Assembly: GCA_965261085.1 (NCBI GenBank)
Contig: OZ253442.1
Coordinates: forward strand, 3,584,001-3,648,000
Direction of reading: 5' to 3'
DNA from: a bacterium
Lineage (GTDB): Bacteria > UBA8248
Length of the DNA stretch: 64,000 bases
The notes below the pieces were generated by a model. It made no database searches. It was not told the DNA's origin and worked only from the letters and a program-made list of their open reading frames with translations. This document shows, piece by piece, positions 57,012-64,000 of this stretch (position 1 is the first letter of the stretch; each line of letters begins with the position of its first letter). A program made the position numbers and the translations under genes.

Positions 57012-58727
57012 ATGTCTCTGGAAGCGATGGCGCGCGGCCAGTGGGGGCCGGCGGTGGTGGGCCTCATCATCGGCCTGTTTCTGCTCGTCTTCCTGGTCGC
57101 GCCGGTCCTCAACGTGATCTACGTCGCCTTCCAGGACCCCAACACGGGCGCGTTGACGCTCATCAATTTCGTCGACTTCTTCCGCACCAGCCTGTTTCAG
57201 GAATCCTCCATCAATTCGATCTACGTCGCCGGGATGTCGGTGGTGCTGGCGTCGTGCTTTGCGCTTCCGCTCGCCTATTTCACGACCCGTTTCCATTTCG
57301 GCGGCGCCACCCTCATCCAGACCTTAGGCGTGCTCCCGCTGATTATGCCGCCCTTCGTCGGCGCCGTGGCGATGCTGCTGCTGCTAGGCGAGAACGGATC
57401 GGTCAACCTGCTCCTGGATGAGTGGTTCGGCTTCACCATCCCCTTCATGGAAGGGCTCAATGGCGTCATCCTGGTCGAGAGCATTCACTATTTTCCGTTC
57501 ATCCTCCTCAATCTCTCGGCCTCGCTCAACAACATCGACCGCGCAATGGAGGAATCGGCCCAGAACCTGGGAGCCAGCGGCATGCGCCTGTTTCGCCGCA
57601 TCGTGTTTCCGCTGGCCATGCCCGGCTACGTCGCAGGCGCATCCTTGGTATTCCTCAAAGTGTTCGACGACATCGGCACGCCGCTTTTGCTCAACGTGAA
57701 CAACATGCTGGCGCCGCAGGCCTATCTTCGCATCTCCTCCATCGGCATCTCGGACCCCATGGGTTACGTGATCTCGGTCATCCTGGTCATATTCTCCCTG
57801 CTGGCGCTTTGGACCTCGTTTCTGGCGCTGCGGGACAAGGATTACGCCACCGTACAGAAGGGCGGGGGCGGGTTGATGAAGCGAGACCTGAGGCCCTGGG
57901 AGAAAGCCGCCTGCTACGGCGTCGTCGTCTTCATCCTGCTGCTGGTGCTCTCGCCGCACTTCGGCCTCGCCATCTTGTCCCTCGGCACGGTATGGTCGTA
58001 CAGTGTGCTGCCCGACGCCTACACCTTCGCTCACTATCTGCGCGTGATTTCGACTTCGTCTGAATTCATCACCAACACGCTGCTCTACGCCGGACTCGCC
58101 GCGGGCATCGACGTCGTATTCGGCACGGCCATCGCCTACATCGTCCTGCGCACCGGGCTGGCCGGCCGGAAATGGCTCGATTACGCCGCGATGGGAGCGG
58201 TGGCGATTCCCGGCGTGGTGCTCGGCATCGGCTACCTGCGCACCTTCTATCAGTTTAACGTGCCGATCATCGACAAGCCCCTGGCCTCGTGGTGGGTCAT
58301 CATAGTCATCGCTCTCGCCATCCGGCGGCTGCCCTACGCGCTGCGCGCCTGCATGGCGGCCTTACAACAGCTCAGCGTCATGCTCGAAGAGGCGGCCGAG
58401 AACTTGGGGGCGACAAAGGGCCGCACCATCTACCGGATCGTCGTGCCGCTGATGTCCGGCGGCATCGTCGCCGGCTTCGTCACCAGCTTCGCCACAGCGT
58501 CGGTCGAGCTCTCGACGACCATCATGCTGGTGTCGCAGGAATCAGACGCTCCGCTCGCCTTCGGCATCTACGAGTTCATGCAGTCGGCGGCGGGCCGCGG
58601 GCCCGGTGCGGCTCTCGGCATCATCGCCGTGGTCATCGTCGGAATCGCCACCTACGTCTCGCACCGCATCATCCAGCGCAAGGATATCCAGCGAACGCCC
58701 GATATGGCCGTCGTCGCGGGAGTCTGA
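57012..58727 (+). CDS. Fe3+-family ABC permease (two fused membrane domains)
   Basis: Two EAA motifs (EESAQNLGA, EEAAENLGA); PPFVGA. Confidence 0.9.
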   Translation: MSLEAMARGQWGPAVVGLIIGLFLLVFLVAPVLNVIYVAFQDPNTGALTLINFVDFFRTSLFQESSINSIYVAGMSVVLASCFALPLAYFTTRFHFGGATLIQTLGVLPLIMPPFVGAVAMLLLLGENGSVNLLLDEWFGFTIPFMEGLNGVILVESIHYFPFILLNLSASLNNIDRAMEESAQNLGASGMRLFRRIVFPLAMPGYVAGASLVFLKVFDDIGTPLLLNVNNMLAPQAYLRISSIGISDPMGYVISVILVIFSLLALWTSFLALRDKDYATVQKGGGGLMKRDLRPWEKAACYGVVVFILLLVLSPHFGLAILSLGTVWSYSVLPDAYTFAHYLRVISTSSEFITNTLLYAGLAAGIDVVFGTAIAYIVLRTGLAGRKWLDYAAMGAVAIPGVVLGIGYLRTFYQFNVPIIDKPLASWWVIIVIALAIRRLPYALRACMAALQQLSVMLEEAAENLGATKGRTIYRIVVPLMSGGIVAGFVTSFATASVELSTTIMLVSQESDAPLAFGIYEFMQSAAGRGPGAALGIIAVVIVGIATYVSHRIIQRKDIQRTPDMAVVAGV

Positions 58728-58729
58728 GC

Positions 58730-59812
58730 ATGACATCTGAAAACGCCGCAGGCGTCGTCATCGAGCAACTGAGCCTCGCCTACGATACGACCGACGTGCT
58801 CAAGGACGTCGACCTGCGCATCGAACCGGGCGAGTTGTTCACCTTCCTCGGCCCCTCGGGGTCGGGCAAATCGACCCTGCTGCGCGCCGTCGCCGGCTTC
58901 GGTCCCACGCCTCGCGGGCGCATCCTCGTTGGCGAGGACGACGTGACAAGGCTGCCTCCCTGGCGGCGCAACGTCGGCATGGTGTTTCAGTCATACGCGC
59001 TGTGGCCGCACATGAGTGTGCGCAGAAACGTCGCCTTCGGCCTCGAAGAGCGCAGGACGCCCGCCGCCGAGATTCCCAAGCGCGTCGACGCCGCGCTGGA
59101 TATGGTCGGCCTTCTGGAACTGGGGGAGCGGCGTCCCTCGCAGCTATCCGGCGGGCAGCAGCAACGAGTCGCGCTGGCGCGCACCATCGTCGTCGAGCCC
59201 CGTGTGCTCTTGCTCGACGAGCCGCTCTCGAACCTCGACGCCAACCTGCGCGTACAGATGCGCCGCGAGATTCTGGACTTACAACGGGCGCTGAAGCTGA
59301 CCACCATCTTCGTTACCCACGACCAGGAAGAGGCCAACACCATCTCGGACCGGATCGCCGTGCTCGACGACGGGGTTCTCCAACAGGTGGGAGTGCCCAT
59401 GGAACTCTACGACCAGCCGGTGAACCGCTTCGTCGCCCACTTCCTGGGCACGGCGAATCTCATGGACGGGCGTATCGAGGCGGCGGCCGAGGGGGCGCGC
59501 TTCGTGGCGGCCGGCGGCATCGCCTTGCCGCTGTCGGGCGAGGCCCATGCGGCGAGCGAGAATCGAACCGCCATGTTCCGGCCCCAGGACGTGGCCATCG
59601 CAGCACCGGGCGAGACGCTTCCCGGAATCATCCTCACCGGACGGGTGCAGCACCGTGAGTTCCTCGGCAACCTGCTGCGCTACAGCGTCGCTATCGGGGA
59701 GGACACGCTGTTGGTCGACGACACCCATCACCCGGGCCGCCGCGCTTTCGCTGTCGGCGATGATGTCGTTGTCGGCCTCGGCGCTGAACAGGTCCGCATC
59801 CTGGAGCGTTGA
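58730..59812 (+). CDS. ABC ATP-binding protein (PotA/FbpC family)
   Basis: GPSGSGKST, MVFQSYALWPH, LSGGQQQR, DEPLSNLDA, VTHDQEEA. Confidence 0.93.
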   Translation: MTSENAAGVVIEQLSLAYDTTDVLKDVDLRIEPGELFTFLGPSGSGKSTLLRAVAGFGPTPRGRILVGEDDVTRLPPWRRNVGMVFQSYALWPHMSVRRNVAFGLEERRTPAAEIPKRVDAALDMVGLLELGERRPSQLSGGQQQRVALARTIVVEPRVLLLDEPLSNLDANLRVQMRREILDLQRALKLTTIFVTHDQEEANTISDRIAVLDDGVLQQVGVPMELYDQPVNRFVAHFLGTANLMDGRIEAAAEGARFVAAGGIALPLSGEAHAASENRTAMFRPQDVAIAAPGETLPGIILTGRVQHREFLGNLLRYSVAIGEDTLLVDDTHHPGRRAFAVGDDVVVGLGAEQVRILER

Positions 59813-60382
59813 GGCGGACGGGACTCCCCGCCATTCACGATACGTCCGAAAGTAAAGATCTGAAACTTGATATCGTCGCCGAATTGGGCTACATGATTTT
59901 CGGACGGCTCGGTGGAGATTCCACCCCCCAAATAAAATCCAAAATTCAAAACGACATCCTGGAGTTTGGAGTAAAGCGAACCCCTGAACCGAAAAGTATT
60001 TTCGTCGGAGAGGGGGCGTCCGCCTTCGGGACTACGAAGACAAGAAAGCGCATCAACCTGATGCTTTACGACGCGGAGGAGGCTCCATGCGCCATATTCT
60101 CATCCTTTGCACGGGCAACTCGGCGCGCTCGTCGACTGGGGTCTGGCGCGTGCGGTATGGCCCGAGGGCAATGACGCCTAGGACGCATTTCGCCTCATCC
60201 AGGCATCCCTGTCGGCCTCGACCGCCTGGGAGATCAAGACTGTGACAATGAAAGCGCCACGCCATAGGATGGAGGCGTTTTTTGTTGACTCAATCGCATT
60301 GCTGACCTATCATTTTTTGGTGGCTGGGGGGGTTGGTTTTTATCTCTTGACTACATAAACAGGCCTCTTTCAGGATGCTGCA

Positions 60383-61561
60383 ATGGCAGGATTGTCAATA
60401 CCAACGGCCTATAGAGAAGGTTATGAAAGAGCCCGCGAGATAAACCCGGAACTCGCCGATAAGTATATCGAACAAACAACCATCGACGATCCGTTCGCCG
60501 ACGCCGTCATCGACACGCTCGCTGTGTACGGCCCGGAAGACGCCAACCGGTTCATCAAGGCCGGCATGCAGCAGGACGAGAAGGTTCTGGTGGATGCGCC
60601 GGAGGAGCTTCGCAACTTTTTCGATGATCTGGAAAAACAACCCGACTGGTTCGATCCCGAAGCGCTTTATCCGGGCTACCGCGCCTTCCACCAGCATTCG
60701 GACCTGTTCATCCCCGCGTTCTTCCTGGTCACGGTGCGGAATGCATCCACCTTGATCGCCAGGCCGCTCTACGCCAGTGGCCGGGTTCTGAGCGGTTTCG
60801 GCATGCGCCGGATACGGCAGAATACGAGGCATTTCATTGAAATCATGCTGCCCGACGCGCTCGAGCGTCAGGGAGACGGCTGGAAGCTCTCCGTCCGCAT
60901 CCGGCTGGTTCATGCGCAGCTCAGACGATTGATACGCGATGAGAGCGATTGGGACGAATCCGTATACGGAGCGCCGCTCAGTTCCGCGCACCTCGCCCTC
61001 GCCGCCGCCAACTTCTCCGCGACCTTGCTGTCGCATGCCGAGATTCTCGGAGCGAAACTCGATGACGCGACGCGCAACGGCTTCATGCAGGCATGGCGAT
61101 ACGCTTCGTGGCTCATCGGAACGCCCGAGCACCTTCAGTTCGAGGGTGATTATGAGAAAACCCTCGAATTCGCCCGGATCGCGACTTTGTGCGAGCCGCC
61201 GCCCAACGAAGAATCGGCCGCCATTGCAAACGCCCTGATCAACGCCTTGCCCCTCATCACCAGCAAAACAGACTTCGACAAGCAGGAAGCCATGGTGAAG
61301 CACGCATACAGGGTCTCCCGGGCGGTGCTGGGCGACGAACTCTCGAATCAACTCGAATTGCCCAAGATGCAGACCGCAGGGCTTCTGAAATGGATGAAAT
61401 GGTCGCGCCGGTTACAGGGAATGTCCCACAAAATCGCGCCTAACTTCGCTAAGAAGTGGCGGGCCAACTATTTCGTCTTCCTGCTCGAGGCTTCGATGCT
61501 CGAGGACCTCAGATACCGCTTGCCGGATCACCTCGACACGAAAAAAGCCGCCCCATGGTGA
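60383..61561 (+). CDS. DUF2236/MpaB' oxygenase family protein
   Basis: PDW, RRI..T, VRIRLVHAQLR, WRY..WLIG. Confidence 0.8.
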   Translation: MAGLSIPTAYREGYERAREINPELADKYIEQTTIDDPFADAVIDTLAVYGPEDANRFIKAGMQQDEKVLVDAPEELRNFFDDLEKQPDWFDPEALYPGYRAFHQHSDLFIPAFFLVTVRNASTLIARPLYASGRVLSGFGMRRIRQNTRHFIEIMLPDALERQGDGWKLSVRIRLVHAQLRRLIRDESDWDESVYGAPLSSAHLALAAANFSATLLSHAEILGAKLDDATRNGFMQAWRYASWLIGTPEHLQFEGDYEKTLEFARIATLCEPPPNEESAAIANALINALPLITSKTDFDKQEAMVKHAYRVSRAVLGDELSNQLELPKMQTAGLLKWMKWSRRLQGMSHKIAPNFAKKWRANYFVFLLEASMLEDLRYRLPDHLDTKKAAPW

Positions 61562-61685
61562 AGCGCCCGTCCTTGACGTCATCCTGAAATCCCCGGCAAA
61601 ACCGATCGGGCTTGCCATTCGCGCGTCGATCATGGATTCTCCCCCGAAATTCAAAACGGCCCCACGAAATCTGGAGTGAACACGA

Positions 61686-62558
61686 ATGGCTGAACCAAAG
61701 AGCGTTTTCATCGAAAGAGACGGCGTGCGGCTGCACGGCCTGGACCACCGGAGCGAGGGGGAGGATAAACCCGTCATCCTGATGCTGCACGGTGCTGCGG
61801 CCCACGCGCGCTGGTGGGATCACATCGCCCCCCACTACAGGGATATGCTCCGGCCCGTGGCGACGGATCATCGCGGCCACGGGGATAGCGAATGGCTGAG
61901 CGAATACGTCTTCGAGGACTTGCTGCGCGACGTAGACGGCTGGGTGGAATGGGCGAAAGCGGAGAGCGGCAGAAAGCCCTGGCTGATGGCGCACTCGATG
62001 GGAGGCGTCATCGCGCTCAACCTCTTCGCTATTGAGCCTCCCGACGTCGAAGGCCTCATCATCGTGGACTCTCCGCTCAGGACCACGGATGCGATTCTCG
62101 CCGAGGTGCGCGCTTTCGGGAACCGGCCCGCCAGACCCTGGGCGTCGCAGGAACTTTTCATGGAGAAATTCAGGCTCCTGCCCACATCGGACAAGGTTAA
62201 CCCTAAGACCATCGCCCATATCGCGCGCCACACCGTGAAACCAAACGGCGACGGCGCGTGGACGGTGAAGGCGGACAGGCGCTTTCACGCCGCGCGCCCC
62301 GAGACGGATCAGCGCGCCGGCTGGCTGCGGGTCGAGACGCCCGCCCTGCTCGTGGCGGGAGAACTCTCGGATCGCCTGAAATCAGACTCTCTCGACTGGG
62401 TGCGAGAGAAAATACCCCACGTCGAGACCGCCGTCATTCCGGGCGCGCACCACCACGTCTTCATGGACGAACCAGAAGCGTTCATCCGCGTAACGCGCGA
62501 GTTTCTGGAAAGGAAGATTACCATTTCGTCTGAGCGGAGCGCATCCCAGACGGTCTGA
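61686..62558 (+). CDS. Alpha/beta fold hydrolase
   Basis: LHG, DHRGHGDS, HSMGG nucleophile elbow, GAHHHVF. Confidence 0.92.
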   Translation: MAEPKSVFIERDGVRLHGLDHRSEGEDKPVILMLHGAAAHARWWDHIAPHYRDMLRPVATDHRGHGDSEWLSEYVFEDLLRDVDGWVEWAKAESGRKPWLMAHSMGGVIALNLFAIEPPDVEGLIIVDSPLRTTDAILAEVRAFGNRPARPWASQELFMEKFRLLPTSDKVNPKTIAHIARHTVKPNGDGAWTVKADRRFHAARPETDQRAGWLRVETPALLVAGELSDRLKSDSLDWVREKIPHVETAVIPGAHHHVFMDEPEAFIRVTREFLERKITISSERSASQTV

Positions 62559-62584
62559 AGACTCCCTGAAATCCCCCCCTTGAG

Positions 62585-62979
62585 GGGGCTGTTGAAAAAG
62601 TCCTGGTTTCGTGATTCGGCGTATGGAGCCGACCGGGGAGGGAGGAGTGTATGGTTGGCGTTCTGCAAGGGGGGGTCCGTAGCGGACAGGCCCCTGTGCC
62701 TGTCCGAGGTCGCGACCTGTGGGACAGCCCCGAGGAGGGGTAGTGGGACAACCCCGAGGAGGGGTTGTCACTACGAGGCGGTGCGGTTTTGTTCGTCATT
62801 CCGGCGCATGCCGGAATCCATGTGTTTTGCCTTTGTTTTTTATTTTCTGATTGGTTCCCGCCAATGACGGGGAGATGAAAAGCGGAGTATTGTCATTCCG
62901 CTTGGGGATGGATTCCGGCTTTCGCCGGAATGACGGCGGTGGTCAATTCCGAGCGAGGAGGGGGTTTTTCAACAACCCC
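62585..62979. mobile_element. IS1182-end-bounded non-autonomous element packed with REPs
   Basis: GGGGCTGTTGAAAAAG ... GGGGTTTTTCAACAACCCC; no TSD recognised; contains GTAG-REPs and a GTCATTCC pair. Confidence 0.5.
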
Positions 62980-62987
62980 GTATGTGT

Positions 62988-63011
62988 GGCGGACATATAT
63001 GTCCGACCTAC
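62988..63011 (-). repeat. GTAG-family REP
   Basis: CGGACATATATGTCCG palindrome followed by ACCTAC. Confidence 0.7.
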
Positions 63012-63028
63012 AAAACCGCCGCGCCTCC

Positions 63029-64000
63029 CTACTCCGTAACGGCCAAGGGCGCCATGGCCTCGATGTCGCTCACGCAGTCGATGACGACGGGGCGGTTCGC
63101 GCTGAACGCCTGGTCGAGCGCGCTCTTGAGTTCGCCCGGTTTTTCCACCCGGATGCCCAGCGCGCCCATGGATTCGGCGATTTCGGCGAAATTCACTTCG
63201 CTGAGCTTCCAGAGCTCATAGGCCTGCTCGGTCTGCTCGCCGCCGTAGGCGCGATCGAAGCCGCGCTTGGACTGGTTGCCCGAGGCGTTGTTGTTCACCA
63301 GCGTCACCGCGTTTATCTTCCAGCGCACGGCGGTCTCGATCTCGGACAAATGGTACCAGAAGCCCGAATCGCCGTTGAAGGCGAGCACCGGCCGCTCAGG
63401 CACGGCGCACTTCGCCCCCAAACCCGCCGAGAAGGCCCAGCCCAGGTGGCCTGCGCTCCTGATGTAGCTTTGATCCGGATGCGAGAGGTCGTACATGCCG
63501 CCCATCCACATGCCCGAATGGCCCGTATCGCCCAGTACGACGCAATCCGAAGGCAAAGAATCCGTCAACTCCTGGCAGATGCGCTCAGGACGCATGGGGG
63601 CGGCGTCCGATTCGAGATATTCCTTGAACTCATCACGCCACCCCTGGACGAAGCCTTGCGCTCTTTCCACCCAGCCCGCGCGCGAGGCGGCGGATTCCGC
63701 GTTCGCCACGTCCGCCATTTTCTGCAGGCTCACCCTGGCGTCGCCCAGAACCGCAACTTGTAAGGGATAGTTCCGCGCCAGGGCTTCGGGTTCGATATCC
63801 AGTTGAATCGCGGGCGTGCCGATGGGCGGCACGGCCCAGAAGTGCGTCGTCATGCCGCCCGTCTCGGTGCCGACGAAGAAGACCAGGTCGGCTCCGTTCA
63901 CCACCTGATTCGCACTCTTTCTCGAATAGGAGCCCACCACGCCGACGGAGAGCGGGTGATTTCCCGGAATGGTGTCCTTGCCGTTCAAGGAGGTGGCCAC
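63029..64000 (-). CDS. Thiamine pyrophosphate-binding protein (acetolactate synthase-like), 5' part outside the window
   Basis: ThDP motif GDSGF...NN; GHLGWA; open at the window edge. Confidence 0.88.
   Translation of the reverse strand: MATSLNGKDTIPGNHPLSVGVVGSYSRKSANQVVNGADLVFFVGTETGGMTTHFWAVPPIGTPAIQLDIEPEALARNYPLQVAVLGDARVSLQKMADVANAESAASRAGWVERAQGFVQGWRDEFKEYLESDAAPMRPERICQELTDSLPSDCVVLGDTGHSGMWMGGMYDLSHPDQSYIRSAGHLGWAFSAGLGAKCAVPERPVLAFNGDSGFWYHLSEIETAVRWKINAVTLVNNNASGNQSKRGFDRAYGGEQTEQAYELWKLSEVNFAEIAESMGALGIRVEKPGELKSALDQAFSANRPVVIDCVSDIEAMAPLAVTE

Noticed and set aside
59809-60265. Short ORFs between the ABC ATPase and DUF2236
   Set aside because: No recognisable motif or RBS; cannot be supported

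Overview
High-GC bacterial chromosomal segment with no rRNA, tRNA or CRISPR seen. The backbone is metabolic: aceE-aceF, an NCS2-like permease, two M20 hydrolases, two Liv-type ABC operons, several VOC proteins, a CoA ligase, cytochrome c, MATE, acyl-CoA dehydrogenase, msrB, asparaginase, a complete mrpA-G operon, YceI, a Fe3+-family ABC transporter, DUF2236, an alpha/beta hydrolase and a partial ThDP enzyme. Four features stand out. (1) A selenoprotein missed by the ORF track (12139-12891): a UxxC glutaredoxin fused to a DinB-like domain, with a SECIS-like hairpin. (2) Five small AT-richer, defence-like cassettes (AAA ATPase+DUF4276, Zn-ribbon/HEPN, PD-(D/E)XK pseudogene, type II R-M, DUF4062). 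They sit in repeat-rich intergenic sites, four with visible boundary repeats (direct repeats, inverted REPs or duplicated 3' ends of the neighbouring host gene), and there is no integrase or RAYT in the window. (3) A three-copy non-coding element with phased TCGATAAA(T) boxes, an IHF-like site and CCCGCATTT end repeats. (4) Two 1522-bp IS1182-family copies, each inserted at the exact centre of a CAAWCGC-N13-GCGWTTG palindrome, plus MITE derivatives nested in other repeat families. Protein calls rest on motif recognition only; no database searches were run.
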